Assembly (NCBI GenBank): GCA_016204155.1
Contig: JACQLG010000063.1
Coordinates: 1 to 43,938, forward strand
From: Candidatus Niyogibacteria bacterium
Lineage (GTDB): Bacteria; Patescibacteriota; Minisyncoccia; 1-14-0-10-42-19
Direction of reading: 5' to 3'
Length of the DNA: 43,938 nucleotides
The notes beneath the pieces are model-generated. The model had not been told where the DNA came from and did not search any database. It worked only from the letters and a program-made list of their open reading frames with translations. Position numbers and translations under genes: made by a program. Positions 1-8,981 of the stretch are shown piece by piece (position 1 is the first letter of the stretch; every line of letters starts with the position of its first letter).

Positions 1-345
1 AAGCAAAAAAAAGAAAACCACTATCTCGCCAAACCATAACCATGCGATTCCCATGCCAAAAGAAATCATTACAGCCGCAAACAACACCGCATGGCGTTTC
101 GCGATACGACCTGACGGGAGCGGACGCCTTTTTTTTACCGGATGTTTTTTATCGTTTTCAATGTCTGCAATATCATTGATAGTATAAATGCCTGTATATA
201 AAAAAACATTGAATGCAATATAGAGCAGTAATAGGCGCAGGAAGAGGATTGGAGTCAATGAAGATGCAAAAAACAGCGCAAAAAGAACAACAGTCGCGAA
301 AAAAATGTAAGAATACCTGCGCGTAAATTCTATGTAGGATTTCAC
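1..345 (-). CDS. UbiA-family prenyltransferase (5' part; runs off the left edge)
   Basis: Not in the ORF track; translated by hand from GTG at 345-343, which overlaps the PAP2 stop. Gives hydrophobic helices and IYTINDIADIENDKKHPVKKRRPLPSG, the UbiA first aspartate-rich motif (NDxxDxxxD..HP.K..RP..SG). Confidence 0.85.
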   Translation of the reverse strand, partial: MKSYIEFTRRYSYIFFATVVLFALFFASSLTPILFLRLLLLYIAFNVFLYTGIYTINDIADIENDKKHPVKKRRPLPSGRIAKRHAVLFAAVMISFGMGIAWLWFGEIVVFFFLL

Positions 346-800
346 GGAAAAAAGAACAAAACGAATAACCACGAGACAATTCCGAGGATAATGCCACCAA
401 CAACATCTCGTATATAGTGCGCTTTAAGAGCAATCCGCGAATATGCCACTACTCCTACAAGAATAATTGCCGCTACGGTCATTAAAAAAGAAAAAAAACC
501 GGCAATCATCCATAAAGCAAGAACGATGATGCGCGAAGTATGCATACTGGGGAAACTCGAAGCATCCCACTTCTGATAGAGCGTAAGACGAGGACGTTCT
601 TGAGGACGTTTTGTATACAATAGCAATTTTATCGCACCTCCTATCACTTCTGCGATAACAACACTTATCGCCACATTGAGGGCAATCCACTGATTGATAA
701 AAAATACCCCTCCGATAACAGGGATATAAAAAAGGGGGTGCCCGAAGAAAGCAAAAAATTGGGCGATATTATATCTTTTGCGAATCAGTAGAGCCAACAT
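342..800 (-). CDS. PAP2-family membrane phosphatase (undecaprenyl-PP phosphatase-like)
   Basis: All three PAP2 motifs present: KLLLYTKRP, SFPSMH, SRIALKAHYIRDV. Start uncertain; ATG at 800 chosen over the track's 899 to limit overlap with the upstream gene. Confidence 0.85.
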   Translation of the reverse strand: MLALLIRKRYNIAQFFAFFGHPLFYIPVIGGVFFINQWIALNVAISVVIAEVIGGAIKLLLYTKRPQERPRLTLYQKWDASSFPSMHTSRIIVLALWMIAGFFSFLMTVAAIILVGVVAYSRIALKAHYIRDVVGGIILGIVSWLFVLFFFP

Positions 801-1095
801 CCTTTTGTCTATGAATAAATTTATAGAAATCCGGATAGAGAAACCCTTGAACAATTGATCCATATACCAGCCCGTGAAGAAAAGTGCTTGAAATATCAAT
901 CAGGTACATTCCTACAAGCGCAATACTGCATAAAAACCAGTGGTGCAAATGAATAGTATATTTGTCCTTTATGCGAAAACGAACAGAGGGCACTCGCCCA
1001 CGTTGCCCCGATTTTTTTCCTGCCATAAACCGTGTGAATAAAAATCCGAAAAGAGTATCAATAACAAGCATTTCTTTATATGCCCATTCTACCAT
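769..1095 (-). CDS. Small hypothetical membrane protein (HLHHW motif)
   Basis: 108 aa with hydrophobic segments and IHLHHW; co-oriented with its neighbours. Confidence 0.65.
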   Translation of the reverse strand: MVEWAYKEMLVIDTLFGFLFTRFMAGKKSGQRGRVPSVRFRIKDKYTIHLHHWFLCSIALVGMYLIDISSTFLHGLVYGSIVQGFLYPDFYKFIHRQKDVGSTDSQKI

Positions 1096-1163
1096 AGAAA
1101 GTCCTGATCTGCATGTGGAAAAATGTTCTTATGAAAAATCGCCCAATAACTCGTATTGGACGA

Positions 1164-2495
1164 TTATGCAATATCAGCGTCTTTCTTGCCATCATCTGCC
1201 TTACTTTCATCCGATTGCTCAATGTCGGCAAGCTGTACGAGAATGCTCGTTGGCGCGGGGTCTATCGTAAAAATAATTTTTTCTTTACCGAATTCAACAA
1301 TCTTATCGACATATACTCGATCGGCAACGTGGACTTGATCAGAAGTAATCAGCCTGCTTAACGGCTCTTCCAGGTACTTTTTCAGCTTGCTTTTCAAGGG
1401 GCGCGCTCCAAATTCCGGATGCTTAAATGCTTTAGCAAAGATAAACTTCTTTACGTCATCGTGAATAATAAGCTCAATAGGAAATGTCTGAGCAAAATTT
1501 GTACGCAATTCTGCAATCCGCATATCAAGAATGGCGCGCAGCTTGTCATGCTCAAGGGGCTTGCAGACAACAACATCCTCCATAACGCGTGCTAAAAATT
1601 CGGGAGTAAAATATCTTTCCACCTCTTCCATTGCAACGTCAAAAATTGATTGATCTAATTGCGAAGGCGGCGCAAAGCCCATTTGAGATCCCCTGATTTT
1701 TGCCGCTATCGCTTTTGAGCCCAAATTTGAAGTCGCAATAATCCAGCTGTTTGTGAAGTCCGTTATTTCCCCGTTTTTAAGAACCGTCATTCCTTTGTCG
1801 GATGACTGATGGAGCAGATGGTTTGTTATTTCCCATGGCCCTTTTTCAATCTCATCAACCAAAATGACAGACAGAAATTTTTCATCTCTTCTCTTTGTTT
1901 CAATATATGCATTCAAGCGTTCTTGAGTATTTAAAAATGACTGCAGATTGGCCTGAAATACTGCCTTGTCGCCTTGCGACATCGCCTCATTGGCTTTCTT
2001 TTTGTACTGTTCAAGTTCCCAATGCAGGCGCCCAACAGTGTCGTCTTTTTTCAAAACCGTATTTTCAAAATGCTCAATGGCGAATCGGTCAATCATACTT
2101 TGATGGAGCATGGGAGGACCCGCGTGTTCGGGATCTTTAGGATTATAAAAACCAACATAGCCTGCCGATGATCCTAAAAGAGTGGATAGTTCGTGCTTCT
2201 CTAAAAAATTCTCCGCAATAATCTTCGTAAATGATGTTGGATCGCCAAAAAAATACTCAGCGAGCAGCTCTGCAGTAAGAGTTTTGCCAACGCCTGTCGG
2301 CCCAAGAAGAATGAAGCAAATGATAGGTTTGGATCTCTTCCACTTCAACTTTAACGAAGCGAGATAATGGCCGTACGAAAATACAATCCGATCAATTACG
2401 CGCGGCTGGCCTATCATTCTTTGTTCAAAAAATTCCTTCAAACGCTTCTCTTCAGGGCTTAATTTCAATGGATCAAGTATAATGCGTTCGCTCAT
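1164..2495 (-). CDS. Stand-alone ClpA/ClpB D2-type AAA+ ATPase (no N-domain or D1), with a helical insertion
   Basis: MIGQ, Walker A GPTGVGKT, pore loop GYVGF, Walker B VILVDEIEK, TDFTNSWIIATSNLG, FTPEFLAR, sensor-2 GARPL. SD AAAGGAG upstream. Confidence 0.9.
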   Translation of the reverse strand: MSERIILDPLKLSPEEKRLKEFFEQRMIGQPRVIDRIVFSYGHYLASLKLKWKRSKPIICFILLGPTGVGKTLTAELLAEYFFGDPTSFTKIIAENFLEKHELSTLLGSSAGYVGFYNPKDPEHAGPPMLHQSMIDRFAIEHFENTVLKKDDTVGRLHWELEQYKKKANEAMSQGDKAVFQANLQSFLNTQERLNAYIETKRRDEKFLSVILVDEIEKGPWEITNHLLHQSSDKGMTVLKNGEITDFTNSWIIATSNLGSKAIAAKIRGSQMGFAPPSQLDQSIFDVAMEEVERYFTPEFLARVMEDVVVCKPLEHDKLRAILDMRIAELRTNFAQTFPIELIIHDDVKKFIFAKAFKHPEFGARPLKSKLKKYLEEPLSRLITSDQVHVADRVYVDKIVEFGKEKIIFTIDPAPTSILVQLADIEQSDESKADDGKKDADIA

Positions 2496-2613
2496 CTGCT
2501 TCTCCTTTGTAAAAGAAATTCTTTTTCTATTATACCATAACCTGTTCTTTATGTTTTTTTGCAGTTTGGTATACTACACGAAGAAACACTGTTCATTACA
2601 AAGGGGAATATCA

Positions 2614-3948
2614 ATGACAACGCATACAAAAGACATATTACGGGATTTGCCGGAATTCTCTGATGACGGCCAGCGCGTCTATGAAGGGATATTGTCGCTT
2701 CAAAAAGACGACGAACGAACGAGGCGCTTTGCGCGGAGATTTGCGCGCGCCGCAACCGCCTTTGACGGCGGAACCACAGACCCCTCACAACCGCTCAAAC
2801 AATTCATATTATACGGAAGCATTTTCGCTCCAATCCCACTTCTTGTAAAAACCGCATCCGATCTCTGGATAGGCATGCCGCAAGACGGCTCCCTGCCTTT
2901 TACCTATATTGATTGCGGCGCGTTTCGAAGTCCTGACCGAGGAACGCTCATACCGCTCATCGGAGCGTCTGATCAGGCGCAAACGGCATTCCGAAGCCAT
3001 GCGATTCTCGCCCGTATTGATATACCGCATTTCAAGGCGCGAAGCACAGATATAAAATTCTTATTTGATTGGGTGGAATGGTATCTGAAAAAATTCATCG
3101 GCACCATCAGAAGAAAATCACCACAGCAATTCATTAGCTATTTTGAGGCGGCGATCACTGAACAAGAAGCAAAAATCAGGGAGGAAGAAATAAAGAACAA
3201 CGGCCCCTTCAAGTCGGTCATTTTTTTTGACAATATTCAGTATGCATCCGCCCCGTTGCAAGAGATTATTTTTCAGATCCTTTCCAATGGGACAATTTTT
3301 CTGCCCGCCGGCCGTATATCTTTCCAAAACAGCGTGATTATCCTCGGAATGTACGAAGAAAAACTTTCCGGCGAAATCGCGGGATTCAGCCGCACAATCG
3401 GAAAGAACGCGGCAAAAAATTACGAAGAGATACGCAAAGAGCTCATTTTGATAAACCCGTTCATCCACAGGGGCGCAGGCAACCTGATAGTCGTCAACGA
3501 ACGGACGCGCGAAAACCAAAAACACCGGATAGAATCAGAACTGGCGCGTTTGAGAGAAAAGTTCAAAAAAATAGATATCATTCTGGAGTTCAGCAGTACA
3601 TTTATCGAAGGATTCATCGACCAGACATCAGAATTCATCGAACATGAGGCAAAGACAATATATACCGAAAGCCGGATCATAAGCGGCATTGAGCGCTATA
3701 TCTCAAATGCGATAGCGCGCCTTATTGCGCACAAAGAACTGATCGGTGGATCAAAGCTGTATTTTGACCGGCATCCGAAAACAAACGGGAAGCAATTTGA
3801 TATCGCGCTCGACTGGGAAAAAGGCACAGGGGAAATAATAGTTCCGGACGATATCCGCACACCCATTGATAAAACAATCGAGGACCGCGATACATGGCCG
3901 GAATGGCTCCATACCCTTAATTCAAATGTTTCCCAGCTCCTTGGTTAA
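2614..3948 (+). CDS. Degenerate (pseudo-ATPase) ClpB D2-like protein
   Basis: Start moved to ATG 2614 (SD-like AAGGGG). Aligns by eye with ClpB D2: PLKQFILYGSIFAPIP (Walker A lost), FTYIDCGAF, LIGAS, PFKSVIFFDNIQYA...QILSNG...ISFQNSVIIL (Walker B DE->DN). Confidence 0.7.
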   Translation: MTTHTKDILRDLPEFSDDGQRVYEGILSLQKDDERTRRFARRFARAATAFDGGTTDPSQPLKQFILYGSIFAPIPLLVKTASDLWIGMPQDGSLPFTYIDCGAFRSPDRGTLIPLIGASDQAQTAFRSHAILARIDIPHFKARSTDIKFLFDWVEWYLKKFIGTIRRKSPQQFISYFEAAITEQEAKIREEEIKNNGPFKSVIFFDNIQYASAPLQEIIFQILSNGTIFLPAGRISFQNSVIILGMYEEKLSGEIAGFSRTIGKNAAKNYEEIRKELILINPFIHRGAGNLIVVNERTRENQKHRIESELARLREKFKKIDIILEFSSTFIEGFIDQTSEFIEHEAKTIYTESRIISGIERYISNAIARLIAHKELIGGSKLYFDRHPKTNGKQFDIALDWEKGTGEIIVPDDIRTPIDKTIEDRDTWPEWLHTLNSNVSQLLG

Positions 3949-3997
3949 CCTCCATATCTTGACGAACCAATATAAATATCTTCTCTTATACTCATAG

Positions 3998-4027
3998 ATC
4001 CAGGAATAAAGCCGTTCCTGGATTTTT
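3998..4027 (+). terminator. Intrinsic terminator
   Basis: ATCCAGGAA-8nt-TTCCTGGAT followed by TTTT. Confidence 0.6.
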
Positions 4028-4108
4028 CATTGCAACAAAAACAAAAAGATGCGCTATACTACATAAAGATATGCGTTCTTTTCATACATACACCGAAGGA
4101 GGCTATAT

Positions 4109-6109
4109 ATGAGAACATGGTTAGAAGAATTTGAACTGCAAGTAAAAGCAGGAAGCGCCAATACCTTCCATTTATACCGCAACGTCTGGGATCATGTGCT
4201 TCTGGACGATGATTTTTTGCGCCCATATGAAGTTATCCCGAAAACCGATGCCGCGCGAAACGCCGCGATCATCGCATTTTTCAATCTTGGATCAGGCATG
4301 CGGTTCCCCCAGCAAGAAATGAAACAATTATTTTTCCTCTTCATACAAGAACTGGCGGACGCCGACCCGATCGCGCGTGGAGACGTTGAGATCTATTTTG
4401 AATCGAATAAACGGAACATTTCTGAAGTGCTTCTCTGGTTTGAAATGCTTGTCTCATGCACACGGGAAGAGATAGAAGAGCTCGTGAAAGCAAGAGATCC
4501 GGCACCAAAAGTGAAATCTCTCGTAGAGAAAAAACGGCCGGCGAAAAATAAAAAATGCCCGTCCACTATTATTGTCTTTGAGTATCAGGAATCAAAAACG
4601 CCTATTGAGGCCGCTTCAGGAACTGACCATATTGACCGCCGCGTATGGGAGACGATCCAATGGTGGGCCCAATACCCGCCAATCAAAGAAACACGAAACC
4701 TTATCCTTCTTCTGTCGCGAGGACTCGGCGGCGTTGCCAAGGAATTTGCCGACCAGTCGCTTGGGATCATACCGATAGAAGTTCCGCTGCCGCGACGCGA
4801 AAACCTTGAAGAAGCAGTTGGATGTTTTAAGAAAAAAGGTATTTTCGTACCCGTAAAAGGTACGTCGCAAGACCTCACCGAAAAAGAGATCGCAAAGCAA
4901 AGCGTCGGAATCTCCTATGTAGAATTAGAACAGATATTCCGACAAGCGCAGGTACACAAAGAACGGCTCACATCGCAGATCTTATTTGAGAAAAAAGGAA
5001 AGATAATTGAAGACCGGCTCGGAGGCATCGTACAAATTGAAAAACCGCCATGGAGCTGGGACCATCTTGGCGGTATGAACCACCATATATCGCTCTTTAT
5101 GCCCTGGGTAGATGCCTTACGGAAAGGTAACATCTCCGGACTTCCAAAAGGCGGATGGCTTTTGATCGGACCTCCCGGAACCGGGAAAACCGTAAGCGCT
5201 GAAGTTATTGCGCATGAAGCAGACATGGTTTTTTTGAAACTCAAAAATACATTCAATAAGTTTGTCGGCGAGTCGGAAGAACGGATGCAGCTACTTCTCA
5301 AAACCGCGCTTGATCTACATCCTTGCATGCTATGGATAGATGAAATAGAAGGTCTTTTTCTGAAGCGCGGGGAGGTATATCACGGCGATTCCGGCGTTTT
5401 TGCAAGAACAAGCCGCATGTTTATGGATTTTTCCGCAGATACGCAGATACACGGGAAAGTGATTATCATCGCTGCGACGAATCGCCCTGATCTTATGGAT
5501 TCAGCAGTGCTTCGTTCAGGCAGATGGGGCGTCAAAATCCCTTATCTCATCCCGCAGAAAAAAGACCGTCCGAGCATCTGGAAAGCGCTCCTGCGAAAAG
5601 AAATGGTCCGCCTTTCTCTTGCCGATATCGCATTAGACATATCTGATATCATCAATGATGAACTACTCATCCAGAAACTTTCTGACATGGCGGATTTCTG
5701 GGATAAAGACGGAGAGCTTGTTTGTGGCCCTCCTGATTTTAATAAGATTCCCGATAAGAAAAACGTCATAGCACTCACAGGGGCAGAAATGGAAGACATC
5801 ATCGGACTTTCATTCCAGCATTTTTTCAGCGATGAAGAAGCGAAAGCAATGCAGAATCTTAGGGGAGAAGAACTGTTCTCCTATATCCAGGAACACCTTT
5901 CAAAAGAAGACACAGCGGCGCTTTCCGGCGAAATGCTTGTCGCTACAATGGAACATCATCTTCCCCACCAAGAGGTCGCCGAATATCGTAAAATGAACGA
6001 CATGGCGCTTGCTGCAGCAAATGACGACCGGCTGATTCCGCTGGAATACCGCAAAAGCGCGCGACGACTCCGAATCGAAAAACAGCATCAAGCAATACCA
6101 ACGCTCTAA
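4109..6109 (+). CDS. AAA+ ATPase, SpoVK/Ycf46/Vps4 (Cdc48-like) family, with a degenerate N-terminal domain
   Basis: WDHLGGM, GPPGTGKT, pore loop NKFVGESE, WIDEIE, AATNRPD..DSAVLRSGR (SRH/Arg finger). SD AAGGAGG before ATG 4109. Confidence 0.9.
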   Translation: MRTWLEEFELQVKAGSANTFHLYRNVWDHVLLDDDFLRPYEVIPKTDAARNAAIIAFFNLGSGMRFPQQEMKQLFFLFIQELADADPIARGDVEIYFESNKRNISEVLLWFEMLVSCTREEIEELVKARDPAPKVKSLVEKKRPAKNKKCPSTIIVFEYQESKTPIEAASGTDHIDRRVWETIQWWAQYPPIKETRNLILLLSRGLGGVAKEFADQSLGIIPIEVPLPRRENLEEAVGCFKKKGIFVPVKGTSQDLTEKEIAKQSVGISYVELEQIFRQAQVHKERLTSQILFEKKGKIIEDRLGGIVQIEKPPWSWDHLGGMNHHISLFMPWVDALRKGNISGLPKGGWLLIGPPGTGKTVSAEVIAHEADMVFLKLKNTFNKFVGESEERMQLLLKTALDLHPCMLWIDEIEGLFLKRGEVYHGDSGVFARTSRMFMDFSADTQIHGKVIIIAATNRPDLMDSAVLRSGRWGVKIPYLIPQKKDRPSIWKALLRKEMVRLSLADIALDISDIINDELLIQKLSDMADFWDKDGELVCGPPDFNKIPDKKNVIALTGAEMEDIIGLSFQHFFSDEEAKAMQNLRGEELFSYIQEHLSKEDTAALSGEMLVATMEHHLPHQEVAEYRKMNDMALAAANDDRLIPLEYRKSARRLRIEKQHQAIPTL

Positions 6110-6122
6110 CATACACATCTAT

Positions 6123-6162
6123 GCAAGGGATACTCCTTTGTATTCCTTGCGTCTTTTCTTTT
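6123..6162 (+). terminator. Intrinsic terminator between the AAA ATPase and the E2-like gene
   Basis: GCAAGGGATAC-6nt-GTATTCCTTGC hairpin followed by GTCTTTTCTTTT. Confidence 0.6.
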
Positions 6163-6240
6163 GCGCCCGCATCCGTTATGGCGGATCAAGCGCAGAAAAA
6201 AGGATTCTTTGAAAAAACGAATAAGGAGGAAAGAATATAC

Positions 6241-8235
6241 ATGAACGCACATATCCGGTATAAAGGATTTGACAGAAAGGAGAGCAAAAAATTGGAGCCG
6301 TTTCTTCCTATCGCGCGTTATTTCGCGCGCTACTGGAGAAGAACAGTCTTTCTTGACGCGCCGGAAGGGAAAGAGATAACTTGGCACACGAAAGATGAAG
6401 ATAAAAGCGTCTATATCCACTTCTTTTCGCGCCATACCCATATTTCCGGTCAATACGGCACGCAAATGATCGGATATACCGAAGAGCTTTTTTGCATTGA
6501 TGTGCCGCGCCATGATCTCGTGATTACCGGAACGGGCGAATACGCAACGGTGGATACGATAGACCTCGGCGCATGCATCCAGGATTGCGAGAATCATGTC
6601 AATGAAACGCTTATATCCCCAGAGGATTGCAAAATTGCAAACGTAATGAAAAATCATATTTTTATTCTGCCCAATATCGCTTACCGGCCATGGGACGGCG
6701 CTTTCACGGTATTCTGGGAGATCTGCGAACAAGCAACGCTTATCTTTGAGAATACTAAAATTATACCGCATTCCATAAAAGATAACCCCGATTATCTCAT
6801 TGAAGTCATGCAGATGGGGCAAAACATCCGTACAAAGACACTGCAGGCAAAAAATGCGTCGAAAGATAATTTTGGAGAATTATGCCGAACAGTGCCCCGC
6901 ATACGCTACCAAAGAACATGCCTTGCGCTTACCAAACAACTCGCCCAAAAAAAGAATTTGGAACTGCATCTTCTTGCTTTAGGTTCGCGCATTTCGGTCG
7001 CGCAAATGCTTCTTGCCGATCCTACATTAAATGAAGAATTTTCCCGCTCTGTCATTCAGGCGCAGTTCGACCAGATACACGCGCTTGAAGGATTTCTCGG
7101 CATGCACATAGAAGGGAGCAAACTCGTATTCTACACCAAGCCCATTCTTCATAGAGAAACTCATTCGGAAGAAGGAAGAAGAGGCGAAAGAAAACCGATC
7201 GGCCAGCATAAAGTCATCATTGATATGCAAAACACCACAAAGACCAATAATACATTTTTGGGAATCAAAATGTGTCCGTGGGGATGGAAAGGCCCGTACG
7301 GCCATCCGGAACAAACGCTGCAGCATGCGTCCGAATCTGATCCAAGAGCTCCATGTTTTGGACCGGAATATTCTCAAAGCATCGGAAAAGTATACCTTGA
7401 CCAAGACTATCCTCTCTTAATAGCAATGCTTTTAAGCTATCTTGACAGTGATAACCGGCTGCCGTATAAGCGAGATGCAAACGACATAAGTAGTATAAGT
7501 AGTGAGCCCTATGAAGAAAAGCCATTCTATACTAACTCTTATTCAAGAGGATCGGCATTGAATGATTATGTACGTCTTACAAGGGAGTTCAGGGGAAAAC
7601 GCAGGGTAGAAAAAATTCACAAGGAACTCGCAGAAGCAGGGAAAGACGAAGAGACGGCGCATGGCGCATATGCAGTAGCGCGAGAAAAATATGCCTTACT
7701 CGAGCACAAAAAAAGAATGCTCAATACTCTCTTGAAAAATATTGAGATTGACATCGAATATGAAAAGATTTTTGATATACCGTCACTGATCGCAACAACC
7801 ATAACTCCAGACTTCATTTGGTGCGTATTCGGCGCAGGAATAGGAACAGGGGTATACGCAAGAGCATTCCTGTCGGATACTATGCGGATCCTCGTCATCC
7901 CGAAAAAAGGGATTGTGCGCGCGTGGCGGACAGACCTTACGAACGAAACAAAAAGCTTTATCGGCCATCGCGCAGACAATAAAGGAGAAATGTCAGTACC
8001 TGCCCATATCTATTTCTATATTGCAAGAGGAGAAATTGGGGAAGCGGTACGCGCCTTGTATGGATACCTCCGCGGGAAAAGCACGATAGAGATAACACAA
8101 ATAGATGAACATGCGACGGAAGAAGCGCTTGACAAGATACTTGCCTATCTCAAAACAGAGGTCTTCGGACCTTTTGAAGACAAGGAAGGCAACGATATGG
8201 ATAACAAACAAGACCAAGCCGAAGAACCTATATGA
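6241..8235 (+). CDS. Coiled-coil protein with prokaryotic E2/UBC-like domain(s)
   Basis: Start moved to ATG 6241 (SD AAGGAGG at 6223-6229). GPYGHP...RAPCFG (His codon 7303, Cys codon 7354) followed by helices ending LIAMLLSYL resembles the E2 HP...C core. Sits in an operon with JAB, E1 and Ubl genes. Confidence 0.6.
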   Translation: MNAHIRYKGFDRKESKKLEPFLPIARYFARYWRRTVFLDAPEGKEITWHTKDEDKSVYIHFFSRHTHISGQYGTQMIGYTEELFCIDVPRHDLVITGTGEYATVDTIDLGACIQDCENHVNETLISPEDCKIANVMKNHIFILPNIAYRPWDGAFTVFWEICEQATLIFENTKIIPHSIKDNPDYLIEVMQMGQNIRTKTLQAKNASKDNFGELCRTVPRIRYQRTCLALTKQLAQKKNLELHLLALGSRISVAQMLLADPTLNEEFSRSVIQAQFDQIHALEGFLGMHIEGSKLVFYTKPILHRETHSEEGRRGERKPIGQHKVIIDMQNTTKTNNTFLGIKMCPWGWKGPYGHPEQTLQHASESDPRAPCFGPEYSQSIGKVYLDQDYPLLIAMLLSYLDSDNRLPYKRDANDISSISSEPYEEKPFYTNSYSRGSALNDYVRLTREFRGKRRVEKIHKELAEAGKDEETAHGAYAVAREKYALLEHKKRMLNTLLKNIEIDIEYEKIFDIPSLIATTITPDFIWCVFGAGIGTGVYARAFLSDTMRILVIPKKGIVRAWRTDLTNETKSFIGHRADNKGEMSVPAHIYFYIARGEIGEAVRALYGYLRGKSTIEITQIDEHATEEALDKILAYLKTEVFGPFEDKEGNDMDNKQDQAEEPI

Positions 8236-8246
8236 GGAGGTGCAAT

Positions 8247-8981
8247 ATGATTTCTCCATGGCTGCGAAAGAAAAACGGAAGAAAATGGTTTATTACGCCC
8301 AAAGCCATTGAACTCTCCATTGAGGCAGAAGCGGACATACTGCTTGCCTGTCAGGAAGCTCATTTTTACGGCATAGAAACAATAAACCTCGGATCTGAAA
8401 TCTCGGGATTGGGGCACGTCAAAAATAATGACTTCACTCTTTTTATATCCGACATTATCATTCCGGAACAGACAAATAGCCGAATACATACAGCGCTTGT
8501 CCATGGTGATATGGAACGAATACAGGCGCTCTTACGGGAAGCGGGGAAGCACGCAGATGAATATATTTGCTGGTGGCATAGCCATGTTACTGGAGACGCT
8601 GTTTTCAGCGACAAAGACGAACTGACGATCGGCAGTCTCCTGCCATTTATTCTTACTGACGTACATCTCTCTTTGCTCGCAAAAGGGAAAGACGTGCCTG
8701 AAGAAACATATGCCGGCCCTTTCGTTTCCATTGTTGCGAATGTGCAGAAAGAAATGTTCGCGCGATGCGACTTTATATATCGCAACGGCGGCCACTACGA
8801 AACGCAAAGAAATGAAAACATCCCGATCATCCGCAAGATTCCCGCCCTTACGGACAAAGAACGGCTAAGGATACGGGACGAACGCTATCCGAGGATACAA
8901 CAGATAGTACGCGACCGGCTCACACTCACATTTGTCGATATACGATCAAAAATAAATACACAGCTGGAGGATACATTATGA
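8247..8981 (+). CDS. JAB/MPN+ (JAMM) metalloisopeptidase
   Basis: EISGLG plus WWHSHVTGDAVFSDKD = E...HxH-x7-S-xx-D JAMM motif. SD GAGGAGG at 8234-8240 supports ATG 8247. Confidence 0.9.
   Translation: MISPWLRKKNGRKWFITPKAIELSIEAEADILLACQEAHFYGIETINLGSEISGLGHVKNNDFTLFISDIIIPEQTNSRIHTALVHGDMERIQALLREAGKHADEYICWWHSHVTGDAVFSDKDELTIGSLLPFILTDVHLSLLAKGKDVPEETYAGPFVSIVANVQKEMFARCDFIYRNGGHYETQRNENIPIIRKIPALTDKERLRIRDERYPRIQQIVRDRLTLTFVDIRSKINTQLEDTL

Noticed and set aside
2614..3948. Pseudogene call for the degenerate ClpB-like gene
   Set aside because: The ORF is uninterrupted, the same length as its paralog, and has an SD and terminator; treated as a pseudo-enzyme instead.
6106..6822. 238-aa antisense ORF and the 6121 start of the E2-like gene
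   Set aside because: The antisense ORF has no motifs and shadows the real gene; 6121-6240 contains a terminator hairpin and the SD for ATG 6241.
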